From Snowella sp. (lineage in GTDB: Bacteria; Cyanobacteriota; Cyanobacteriia; Cyanobacteriales; Microcystaceae), in NCBI GenBank assembly GCA_035285545.1, contig JAYKGY010000100.1, positions 1-17,534 on the forward strand: a stretch of DNA of 17,534 nt, written 5' to 3'. Every line of letters starts with the position of its first letter. Positions within the stretch are counted from its first letter, which is position 1. Under the pieces are notes generated by a model. It saw only the letters and a program-made list of their open reading frames with translations, was not told the DNA's origin and ran no database searches. This document shows, one piece after another, positions 8,687 to 16,997 of this stretch. The position numbers and the translations under genes are program-made.

Positions 8687-8700
8687 GTATCATAAGATAC
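8687..8700. promoter_or_regulatory. Perfect NtcA-type palindrome GTATC-ATAA-GATAC overlapping a putative -10 box
   Basis: Exact GTA-N8-TAC with a 5-bp inverted repeat. No TAN3T 21-23 nt away on either strand, but TATGAT lies inside the site on the minus strand (8694-8689). Confidence 0.6.
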
Positions 8701-8780
8701 GTTTAGGGAGGCAGGGAAATAAATATTTATTTGGATAGACTCCTGAACTTTTTGATCAGACTATAATCAGGAGATCCTTG

Positions 8781-9980
8781 TTAAATTCGGTATTGTTCCA
8801 AGTTGACCATTAAATCTTTTTTAGGAATTTGCCACTCAAAATTATTATTTCTTTCATGAATCACAATATGCCAATACATTCGCTCTTCTTTTTCAGTCGT
8901 CCATAAATATTCATATTCCTGCTCTAATAAACTGAAAGGAATTAAAAAGGTATTATTTGCACTTCCACATCCATAAATAACATAAGCAGTTTTAAATTTT
9001 TTCAAAAATAATTGTTGATGAGGATGAAAAGCAAACCAATATTTTATGTAGCTTTTTCCTTTATGCTGTTTGGAAATGCAACACAAAAAGCCTTGTTCTC
9101 CATCAATCGTTTGATAACCTGCTCTTGTTGTCCTAATTAAGCTGATATTAAACTTAACTTCTATTTTTTGCAAACATTCATCTTGAAAATTTACAGGAAT
9201 ACTGCGATGTTTAACCTCGTTTTGTTCTTTTCCAATTTCAAAATTGTCTTCTGTGGAATTTACATCATTGGTGAGTTCATCATTAGGCTCTAATTGAATA
9301 TCTTGCGTTGTTTCAAAGACAATTTCGATAAGTTTATTTAATCGGGTAAATTCCAACGGGCGCAAAATTTCACTAATCTGTTTGATTGTTTTATCATCAT
9401 CTAATTTTTCTTTGAGCTGAACTAGCTTCATCAAAGAATCTACACTAATCAAGCGAAAATCCCAGCCGTAACGACTCCCTCGGATCTGAGCCTCTAAATC
9501 TCCTGTATCCTTTCGTCCAACTACGATCAAAATTGAGGAAGATTCAGAAATCCTCTTTTGTTCAACTAATTTACGTTTGTAATTATAGATATTATCTAAG
9601 TTGATTCGGTAAGCATCGGTTGTTTTAACTTCTACGATGATACTATTTTCCTGATTGATTTCCCAAATTCCATCGTAACCAATTGAATTTTTAGAACCTT
9701 GGTAAAGTCCATATTCAACTTTAAAATCTAATCGTTTGCCTGCTTGATTAATAATATCTTGAAGAACTAAGCCGCTGTCTTCAAACTTTTCATCTAAGCA
9801 TTCATTAGCATATTTGACTAGATAGTCTGTCGGAATGACTGATAGTAACTCTCTAAATTCTTGACAAGTTTGATTATTATTCTTTAGTCGGCCATCTCCT
9901 GCAATAGATAAAACTTGTCGAATCGATTTATCTAAAATAAATTGCTTATTTTGTTTATAGACTGCTAGGATAGACGACAT
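8781..9980 (-). CDS. Hypothetical protein with PD-(D/E)xK restriction-endonuclease-like domain (399 aa)
   Basis: LQDIIN helix, GYDGIW...IIVEVKT (D...ExK), an acidic linker and a separate C-terminal domain (ISKQH...YWFAFHPHQ); visibly AT-rich, no HIP1. Confidence 0.7.
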   Translation of the reverse strand: MSSILAVYKQNKQFILDKSIRQVLSIAGDGRLKNNNQTCQEFRELLSVIPTDYLVKYANECLDEKFEDSGLVLQDIINQAGKRLDFKVEYGLYQGSKNSIGYDGIWEINQENSIIVEVKTTDAYRINLDNIYNYKRKLVEQKRISESSSILIVVGRKDTGDLEAQIRGSRYGWDFRLISVDSLMKLVQLKEKLDDDKTIKQISEILRPLEFTRLNKLIEIVFETTQDIQLEPNDELTNDVNSTEDNFEIGKEQNEVKHRSIPVNFQDECLQKIEVKFNISLIRTTRAGYQTIDGEQGFLCCISKQHKGKSYIKYWFAFHPHQQLFLKKFKTAYVIYGCGSANNTFLIPFSLLEQEYEYLWTTEKEERMYWHIVIHERNNNFEWQIPKKDLMVNLEQYRI

Positions 9981-10234
9981 TATAGGCTGAGGTTACGATT
10001 AATCTAAAAAGTCGATTAAATGGGTTTATAGAATCCTATGTCTCGCAAAATTTCTTTCTATAAGCCGCATTCACACTTTAGATTGTATCAAAGAGAGAGG
10101 GGAGATCAATCACCGCTTGCAAAAGTAAACCCAATTTAGCCACTAATGCCATGAAAGGATCAAATTCTTCTACATCCAATATTTGAAAAAAACAAAAATC
10201 ATTAAAAATCCGGCAAAGTTGCGCTAAAAGCAAC

Positions 10235-10259
10235 AAAAAACCACCCCAAAATGGAGTGG
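10235..10259 (-). terminator. Intrinsic terminator of glnA
   Basis: Minus strand CCACTCCA-TTT-TGGGGTGG-TTTTTT: 8-bp stem with one G-U pair plus U6, 28 nt after the glnA stop. Confidence 0.8.
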
Positions 10260-10287
10260 CGCAAACAAATCATACTAAAATCCAGAT

Positions 10288-11709
10288 TTAGCAATCGTAA
10301 TAGAGCATGAACTCATAGGGATGGGGACGAAGACGCATGGGGTTAACTTCCACATCCAGTTTGTATTCAATCCATTTTTCAATGAAATCGGTGGTAAATA
10401 CACCCGTATCCGTTAAGAAGCCATGATCATCTTCGAGGGCTTGTAATGCTGCTTCTAATGAACCAGGGGTAGAGGGAATTTTCGCCAATTCTGCGGGGCT
10501 AAGTTCATAAATATCCACATCCAAAGGTTCACCTGGATCAATTTGGTTCTTAATCCCGTCAATCCCTGCACAGAGCATGGCAGCAAAGGCCAAATAGGGG
10601 TTAGAAGTCGCATCAGGACAACGGAACTCTAAGCGTTTTGCCTTGGGATTCGTGCCGGAAAGGGGAATCCGTACCGATGCAGAACGATTACCTTGGGAAT
10701 AGGCCAGGTTTACCGGAGCTTCAAACCCAGGAACGAGGCGTTTATAGGAGTTGGTGGTGGGGTTGGTTAAAGCCAAGAGTGCTGGAGCGTGCTTGAGGAT
10801 ACCGCCGATGTACCAAAGAGCCATTTGGCTGAGTCCCGCGTATTTATCGCCTGCAAAAAGGGGCTGACCTTCTTTCCAGATCGATTGGTGGGTATGCATC
10901 CCCGAACCATTATCGTTAAAGATCGGTTTGGGCATAAAGGTGACGGTTTTGCCGTATTTTTTCGCCACGTTTTTAATGACGTATTTGTAGGTCATCAAAT
11001 AATCAGCCGCTTCAACTAAGGTCGAAAACTTAATCCCTAATTCGTTTTGGCCCCCTGTGGCAACTTCGTGGTGATGTTTTTCGATAGGCACATTACACTT
11101 CGCCATCGTCAACAGCATTTCTGTCCGAATATCCTGGGCGGTATCCGTCGGGCCAACGGGGAAGTAACCTTGTTTGTAGCCTGGTTTGTAACCTAAATTT
11201 CCACCCGGTTCTTCTTTGCCACTGTTCCAACGACCTTCGACACTATCCACATAGTAGTAGCCTGTATTTTCGGTCTGGTCAAAGCGAACATCATCAAACA
11301 GGAAAAATTCGGCTTCAGGGCCAATATAAACGGTATCCCCTAAACCTGTACTTTTTAGAAATTCAACCGCTTTCGCCGCAATAGAACGGGGGTCACGACT
11401 GTACCATTCCCCAGTACGAGGCTCTTTAATACTACAGATCATACTGAGGGTTTTTTCTTTGTAGAATGGGTCGATCCAGGCAGTGTTGGGATCGGGAACC
11501 ATGCACATGTCGGATTCATTAATGGCTTTCCATCCCCGAATACTGGAACCATCGAAGGGAACTCCATCAATAAACGAACTTTCGTCGATTTGATTGTAGT
11601 AAAACGAGCAATGTTGCCAAATACCAGGCGTGTCGATGAACTTTAGGTCGATGATTTCAATTTGTTCATCTTTAATCCATTTCAAAATATCTTGGGGGGA
11701 CTTGGACAT
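10288..11709 (-). CDS. glnA: Glutamine synthetase type I
   Basis: [88 protein letters not shown]. Confidence 0.99.
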   Translation of the reverse strand: MSKSPQDILKWIKDEQIEIIDLKFIDTPGIWQHCSFYYNQIDESSFIDGVPFDGSSIRGWKAINESDMCMVPDPNTAWIDPFYKEKTLSMICSIKEPRTGEWYSRDPRSIAAKAVEFLKSTGLGDTVYIGPEAEFFLFDDVRFDQTENTGYYYVDSVEGRWNSGKEEPGGNLGYKPGYKQGYFPVGPTDTAQDIRTEMLLTMAKCNVPIEKHHHEVATGGQNELGIKFSTLVEAADYLMTYKYVIKNVAKKYGKTVTFMPKPIFNDNGSGMHTHQSIWKEGQPLFAGDKYAGLSQMALWYIGGILKHAPALLALTNPTTNSYKRLVPGFEAPVNLAYSQGNRSASVRIPLSGTNPKAKRLEFRCPDATSNPYLAFAAMLCAGIDGIKNQIDPGEPLDVDIYELSPAELAKIPSTPGSLEAALQALEDDHGFLTDTGVFTTDFIEKWIEYKLDVEVNPMRLRPHPYEFMLYYDC

Positions 11710-11754
11710 GGGCGACTCCTTCCGCTTATTACATGACTTTAGTCTGAGAATTAC

Positions 11755-11797
11755 ATCGTAAAGAGTGATTTGCGATAACTTTGTATCTTGCGATACA
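11755..11797 (-). promoter_or_regulatory. Canonical NtcA-activated (class II) promoter of glnA
   Basis: Minus strand tGTATCGCAAGATACa (GTA-N8-TAC at 11796-11783), exactly 22 nt, then TACGAT (TAN3T, 11760-11755). Confidence 0.92.
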
Positions 11798-11918
11798 GAC
11801 CCTTGCTCTTTAGACGGGTTTTAAATACCAAGAAATTAATTTATTTTGCGCTTTCTTCATTAAACAATGCAAAATCATCAAAAATGCAGGACTTAACAAA
11901 TTGATGAATTTAACCGAC

Positions 11919-12881
11919 TTAGTAGTAATGAGGCACAAAAAATTGTTCATTGAGGGGAGGACGGACATAATCCGGTGCTGGTTTGCGGGGTTTGAGTTCC
12001 ATTGGTTCAGGCGTGAGGTCTTCGTAGGGGATTTTGCTGAGTAAGTGCCGAATACAGTTTAATCGCGCTCGCTTTTTGTCGTCTGCTTCGACGGTAAACC
12101 AGGGGGCTTCGGGAATGTTGGTATGGGCAAACATATTGTCTTTTGCCTGGGAGTATTCCACCCAGCGATCGCGGGATTCTAAATCCATCGGGCTAAGTTT
12201 CCAACGACGGGCGGGATCAAGAAGACGGGATTGAAAACGGATCTCCTGCTCTTCATCACTGACGGAAAACCAGTATTTCAGCAAAACAATGCCTGAGCGC
12301 ACTAACATTCGTTCAAATTCGGGACAGGAAAACAGAAATTCCCGATATTGCTCTTCCGTACAAAAGCCCATAACATGCTCCACACCGGCTCGGTTGTACC
12401 AACTGCGGTCAAAGAGGACAATTTCCCCTGAAGATGGAAAATGTTCAACATAGCGTTGGAAGTACCATTGGGTTTTCTGTAGGTCTGACGGGGTTCCTAA
12501 TGCCACCACTCGGCAACCTCTGGGATTGAGGGGTTCGGTAATGCGTTTAATGGTTCCGCCTTTGCCGGCTGCGTCCCGTCCTTCAAAAATAACAATCACT
12601 CGATAGCCGACGTGTTTGATCCAATACTGCATTTTGACCAGTTCAATTTGCAGGCGCGTTAGCTCTTTTTCATAGAGCTTTTTCGAGAGTTTCCCTGAAG
12701 TCCCTTCCTCTCGTTCCGCGATCGCCTCTAGCGGGTGAATAATCGGTTGGGGCGGTTCAAAACTTTCCGCTAATTGCTTTTTTTTCTTTTTTTTATGAGC
12801 TTTCTTTTCTTTTTTTTTCGATTTTTTCTTTTCTTGAGACAAAGGAAGTGCCAACGAATTATTGCTCAATAAATCATCCAT
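11919..12881 (-). CDS. ppk2: Polyphosphate kinase 2 (single domain) with Lys-rich N-terminal extension
   Basis: Walker A FEGRDAAGKGGTIK, QWYFQRY, Walker B FDRSWYNRAGVE, lid RWKLSPMDLESR; AGGAG SD. Confidence 0.95.
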   Translation of the reverse strand: MDDLLSNNSLALPLSQEKKKSKKKEKKAHKKKKKKQLAESFEPPQPIIHPLEAIAEREEGTSGKLSKKLYEKELTRLQIELVKMQYWIKHVGYRVIVIFEGRDAAGKGGTIKRITEPLNPRGCRVVALGTPSDLQKTQWYFQRYVEHFPSSGEIVLFDRSWYNRAGVEHVMGFCTEEQYREFLFSCPEFERMLVRSGIVLLKYWFSVSDEEQEIRFQSRLLDPARRWKLSPMDLESRDRWVEYSQAKDNMFAHTNIPEAPWFTVEADDKKRARLNCIRHLLSKIPYEDLTPEPMELKPRKPAPDYVRPPLNEQFFVPHYY

Positions 12882-13151
12882 TTAGGTTCTCCTAGAAATT
12901 TTCGCTGAAATTGCTGAAATTAAGGACAGATAAGCCAGGCTTGAAAATGAGTCTTAGCCTAAGTATTTACGTCACTAAATTCAGGATAAAGACGGTAATC
13001 GACTTTTTTAATCTTTTGTAGATTTTTTTAAGATTCCCAGAAAAACTCCTCAAAAGATCATGTTTCGCTCGGTAAAAATGAAATAAAGATAAAAAAGTTT
13101 ACAATTAATCCAAGGTGAACCTAAATAATCGCCACCACTTTTTCTTTTTTG

Positions 13152-13194
13152 GTAGCTATCACAACGGAAACCCCATCGTTTTTATCAGTATGAT
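13152..13194 (+). promoter_or_regulatory. Imperfect NtcA-activated promoter of glnN
   Basis: GTA-gctatcac-AAC (13152-13165, one mismatch to GTA-N8-TAC), 23 nt, then TATGAT (13189-13194), 37 nt before the ATG. Confidence 0.65.
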
Positions 13195-13231
13195 CAGGGG
13201 ATCTTAATCAATCAAACAAACCCCAATACCT

Positions 13232-15403
13232 ATGAGTGGAAATGAATCCCGTCTGCAAGCGATTTATCAAATTACCAATCGTGAACCGATGCCGCCAAAA
13301 GAACCCAAGCGGCTAGATGAACTATGGGCTTCAGATGTCTTCACTCTGAGTAAAATGCAAGAAATTCTTCCCAAGGAAGTTTTTAAATCGCTCAAAAAAA
13401 CGATCCAATCGGGAGAAAAGCTAGACATCTCCGTTGCGGATATTGTTGCCTCTGCCATGAAGAATTGGGCTATTGACAAAGGGGCCCTCTACTATGCTCA
13501 CGTTTTCTATCCCCTAACTAACGCTACTGCCGAAAAACACGACGGTTTTATTTCGGTACAAAGTGATGGCAGCGTTATTGCCGAATTTACAGGAAAAGTT
13601 TTAGTTCAAGGGGAACCCGATGGTTCTTCTTTCCCCAATGGCGGAATTCGTTCCACCTTTGAAGCACGGGGCTATACCGCTTGGGATGTCACCAGCCCGG
13701 CCTACGTCATGGAAACCGATAACGGTTGTACCCTCTGTATTCCGACCGTCTTCGTTTCCTGGACAGGGGAAGCTTTAGATAAAAAAACGCCCCTCTTGCG
13801 CTCTAATGCCGCCATGAACCAGGCTGCAACCAGGGTTTTAAAATTATTAGGCAATGAAGAAGTCGCCCCCGTTAATGCCACCTGTGGGGCTGAGCAAGAA
13901 TATTTCCTTGTCGATGCTAATTTTGCCAATAGTCGTCCCGATCTGCTGTTAGCGGGTCGTACCCTATTTGGAAAGCCTCCCGCTAAAGGTCAGCAATTTG
14001 ACGATCACTATTTTGGTGCTATTCCTGAGCGGGTTCAGGTTTATATGCAGGATGTGGAAGAAAAGTTATATAAATTGGGAATTCCTGCTAAAACTCGCCA
14101 TAACGAAGTGGCTCCTGGGCAATTTGAGATCGCGCCCTTTTTTGAAGCCGCTAACGTTGCGACAGACCACCAACAGTTATTAATGACGGTGTTACGCAAT
14201 ACGGCTAAAAAACATGGATTTATTTGCTTGTTCCATGAAAAACCCTTTAAAGGTGTGAATGGGTCTGGGAAACACGTTAACTGGTCGTTAGGTAATGCCA
14301 CCCAAGGAAATTTACTCGATCCAGGTGATACACCCCATTCCAATGCTCAATTTTTGGTGTTCTGTGGTGCGGTCATTCGTGGGGTTCATAAGTTTGGGCC
14401 GCTGTTACGGGCAGTGGTGGCCACCGCTAGTAATGACCACCGCTTAGGGGCCAATGAAGCTCCCCCTGCGATTATCTCCGTTTATCTGGGAACCCAATTA
14501 GAGGATGTGTTTGAGCAGATCAAACAAGGGGAAATTAAGGGGTCTAAGGGGAAAGGCATGATGCACATCGGGGTTGATACCTTACCCGTATTACCTACCG
14601 ATCCTGGCGATCGCAACCGGACTTCTCCCTTTGCCTTTACCGGAAACCGTTTTGAATTTCGTGCGGTGGGTTCGGGTCAATCCGTTTCTGGGCCCCTCGT
14701 TGCCATGAATACGATTATGGCGGATTCTCTGACCTGGATTGGCGATCGCTTAGAGGCAGAACTCAACAAAGGCATTGAACTCAACGCGGCTATTCAAATC
14801 ATCTTAAAAGAAGTCATGGATGAACATGGGGCTGTGGTCTTTAATGGCAATGGCTATTCTGAGGAATGGCATAAAATGGCGGTTGAACGGGGACTAGCGA
14901 ACCTCCGCACCTCTGCCGATGCCTTACCCGTCTTGAAGGAAAAATACGTTGAAGATCTATTCAATCAATTAGGAGTCTTGTCTCCCGTTGAGTTGGCCAG
15001 TCGCTTTGAAACCTATGCAGAGCAATACATTCTTTCCCTAGAAGTAGAAGCGAAATTGGTTATTAATATGGCCAAAACCCTTATTTATCCGGCGGCAACT
15101 CGTTATCTTTCCGATCTATCCAATACGGCTTTGAGTCTTAAAGAATTGGGTCTGGAGTTAGAAACGGAAACCCTCGAAAAGGTATCTTCTTTGGTGAAAT
15201 CCATGACAGATAAAGTCAGCAAATTAAGTGTGGCCTTGAGTTATCACGATTTTGCTGGCACCGAGGAGCACATGCAATATCTGGCCCAAACCATTCGGCC
15301 GTTAATGGATGAGGTTCGAGAATATGCCGATGCCCTAGAAGCAGAAGTGGCAGATGATCTTTGGCCGTTGCCTAGCTATCAGGAAATGTTATTCATTAAA
15401 TAA
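13232..15403 (+). CDS. glnN: Glutamine synthetase type III
   Basis: [105 protein letters not shown]. Confidence 0.98.
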   Translation: MSGNESRLQAIYQITNREPMPPKEPKRLDELWASDVFTLSKMQEILPKEVFKSLKKTIQSGEKLDISVADIVASAMKNWAIDKGALYYAHVFYPLTNATAEKHDGFISVQSDGSVIAEFTGKVLVQGEPDGSSFPNGGIRSTFEARGYTAWDVTSPAYVMETDNGCTLCIPTVFVSWTGEALDKKTPLLRSNAAMNQAATRVLKLLGNEEVAPVNATCGAEQEYFLVDANFANSRPDLLLAGRTLFGKPPAKGQQFDDHYFGAIPERVQVYMQDVEEKLYKLGIPAKTRHNEVAPGQFEIAPFFEAANVATDHQQLLMTVLRNTAKKHGFICLFHEKPFKGVNGSGKHVNWSLGNATQGNLLDPGDTPHSNAQFLVFCGAVIRGVHKFGPLLRAVVATASNDHRLGANEAPPAIISVYLGTQLEDVFEQIKQGEIKGSKGKGMMHIGVDTLPVLPTDPGDRNRTSPFAFTGNRFEFRAVGSGQSVSGPLVAMNTIMADSLTWIGDRLEAELNKGIELNAAIQIILKEVMDEHGAVVFNGNGYSEEWHKMAVERGLANLRTSADALPVLKEKYVEDLFNQLGVLSPVELASRFETYAEQYILSLEVEAKLVINMAKTLIYPAATRYLSDLSNTALSLKELGLELETETLEKVSSLVKSMTDKVSKLSVALSYHDFAGTEEHMQYLAQTIRPLMDEVREYADALEAEVADDLWPLPSYQEMLFIK

Positions 15404-15428
15404 TCCCAATTATTTTTAATTAGGTTTG

Positions 15429-15456
15429 AAGTCGTTCTTGATGAGCGACTTTTTTT
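15429..15456 (+). terminator. Intrinsic terminator of glnN
   Basis: AAGTCGTTC-TTGAT-GAGCGACTT running into a T7 tract: 9-bp stem with one G-U pair, 25 nt after the stop. Confidence 0.85.
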
Positions 15457-15458
15457 GC

Positions 15459-15677
15459 TTAATGATTCAAATAATGTTGATAGTTTGCATCTAACCAACA
15501 ACGGGGTAATTCTTCTCCTGAGGGAAAAATTAGCATTTCTTTAGCAAATTCTTCTGGTGGTTGTTCTTCTTGCCCTTCTTGAATACAGCCTTCAATATTG
15601 CTTTGTAAGGGATTAATTAATTGGATGGTATCTTCGATTTTAATTAAGGCACCATCTTGCTTATTTTTCAACAGCAT
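15459..15677 (-). CDS. Conserved small protein (72 aa; family often labelled 'acetyltransferase' without GNAT motifs)
   Basis: MLLKNK...LINP...QEGQEEQPPEEFAK..LIFPSGEELPRCWLD matches a small cyanobacterial family as I recall it; start moved from 15707 to ATG 15677 because that family begins ML(L)K. Confidence 0.75.
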   Translation of the reverse strand: MLLKNKQDGALIKIEDTIQLINPLQSNIEGCIQEGQEEQPPEEFAKEMLIFPSGEELPRCWLDANYQHYLNH

Positions 15678-15863
15678 AATGTTATTTAGGTAAAAATAAA
15701 AAGTCATTGTCAGCTAAATTTTGCTGTCATTATCAACCATTGACGCGATCGCCTCATCTACCCCAAGTTGTAATGCAAAGTTAGCGCAGAGGGAATAATC
15801 GAAAATTCTTAGGCAATATGTCCTCAAACTTGTAGAATTTAACGAAACAGGAAGTCGGGATAC

Positions 15864-16433
15864 ATGGACATACAATATATTATTTCCCAATACGCTCATG
15901 GTTATTTTTTGATGACGGATGAGTCGGGAGAATTGGGGTGGTATAGCAGCCGCCAACGTACTCTGATTCCCTTAGATCATCGCTTTCGATATCCGCGATC
16001 GCTACAGAGAGTTTTAAACCAAGAGCGTTTTACGGTGGCTATTAATAAAAATTTTCGGGCCGTTTGTGATGGCTGTGCGGATCGGGAAACCACTTGGATT
16101 TCTGAAGAATTAAAAGAAATTTATTGGTACTTATATCAAGCAGGCTGGGCCTATAGCTTTGAAACCTGGCAAGGTGATGAACTCGCAGGCGGAATTTTAG
16201 GAATTGCCATTCGCGGCCTATTTATTGGGGAATCCATGTTTTACCGCATTCCTGATGGCTCGAAAGTGGCAATGGTTAAATTAGTAGAACATTTACGCAA
16301 ACGGCAATTTTTACTCTTCGATGCCCAATTACAAAATCCCCATCTAGAACGGTTCGGCTCCTATGTGGTGACAAATGAGAAATATCAAGGTTTACTACAA
16401 ACAGCTTTATCTCAGCACGACATTACTTTCTAG
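15864..16433 (+). CDS. aat: Leucyl/phenylalanyl-tRNA--protein transferase
   Basis: YAHGYFLM, TWIS, AYSFETW, LAGGILG, FIGESMF, SKVA, LFDAQLQNPHLERFG. Confidence 0.95.
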   Translation: MDIQYIISQYAHGYFLMTDESGELGWYSSRQRTLIPLDHRFRYPRSLQRVLNQERFTVAINKNFRAVCDGCADRETTWISEELKEIYWYLYQAGWAYSFETWQGDELAGGILGIAIRGLFIGESMFYRIPDGSKVAMVKLVEHLRKRQFLLFDAQLQNPHLERFGSYVVTNEKYQGLLQTALSQHDITF

Positions 16434-16897
16434 CAAAAATTTCTTCAAGAGTGTCAAAGCAAGTATGGTTCACAACTTGTATTTGGACAAGAGCCTGATC
16501 TCCTAACCCAAAACAAGCTTTGATAGCTTTGTCTAACAGATTCGATATTAGTAAGTATCGCTAAGCTCATAACAGTTTTTACTTTATTTTGTATAAATAA
16601 TACAAAAATGCATATTTAGTGAAATATTTCAAGCCAAAAAGGTAATGAATTTTGACCTAAAAAGGTGACTTTTGGTAACTAGATTTGTATTGAGTTCTGT
16701 TATATATTTTTGTTGTATCGTCAAGCAAATTGAAACGCTAAATTATTTTTTTTACTTAAGTAATATCTAGTAAGAATTCTATTCTCTTGCGCTTCAGACC
16801 TTGTACAGATAAGCACACCGTCTTATTCCCTTGGCAACAATGTCACAACATTTAGCTCAGTAAAGTAGATTCATAACAGTAATGAAGTAGAAAAAAA

Positions 16898-16925
16898 CAG
16901 TAAAAACATTTAAGTGTTTTTACTG
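16898..16925. other. 11-bp perfect inverted repeat upstream of the PPC-domain gene
   Basis: CAGTAAAAACA-tttaag-TGTTTTTACTG, 72 nt before ATG 16998. Confidence 0.6.
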
Positions 16926-16997
16926 AAAATACTTAGCTTTTATCATGACATCTATTGCGAGTTTTTCATAGTCCCAATTATCACAAGAGGTCAAAAA

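Larger units (their letters stand above)
1837..16002. repeat. HIP1 octamer GCGATCGC, dispersed (16 copies seen)
   Basis: Copies start at about 1837, 2796, 4079, 4325, 4654, 4931, 5559, 7025, 7315, 7620, 12165, 12718, 14607, 14742, 15745 and 15995 (manual count). Confidence 0.9.

Noticed and set aside
11710..11754. Glutamine riboswitch or gifA/gifB near the GS genes
   Set aside because: The predicted glnA leader is only about 40 nt with no riboswitch consensus, and I found no IF7/IF17-like ORF in the window.
12882..13150. Pho (SphR) box for ppk2, and a GCTGAAATT tandem repeat at 12904-12921
   Set aside because: TTAA-like words do not form properly phased repeats; a two-copy 9-mer in AT-rich DNA is too weak.
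7427..15956. Other 60-100 aa ORFs overlapping the methyltransferase, arsC-like gene, glnA, ppk2, glnN and aat (including 15714-15956)
   Set aside because: Overlap confident genes and show no protein-like motifs.
16463..16476. GTA-N8-AAC, similar to the glnN box
   Set aside because: One mismatch, no -10 box at the right distance and no nearby start codon; expected by chance.
16591..16603. GTA-taaataa-TAC as an NtcA site
   Set aside because: Spacer is 7 nt rather than the required 8; kept only as a generic palindrome.
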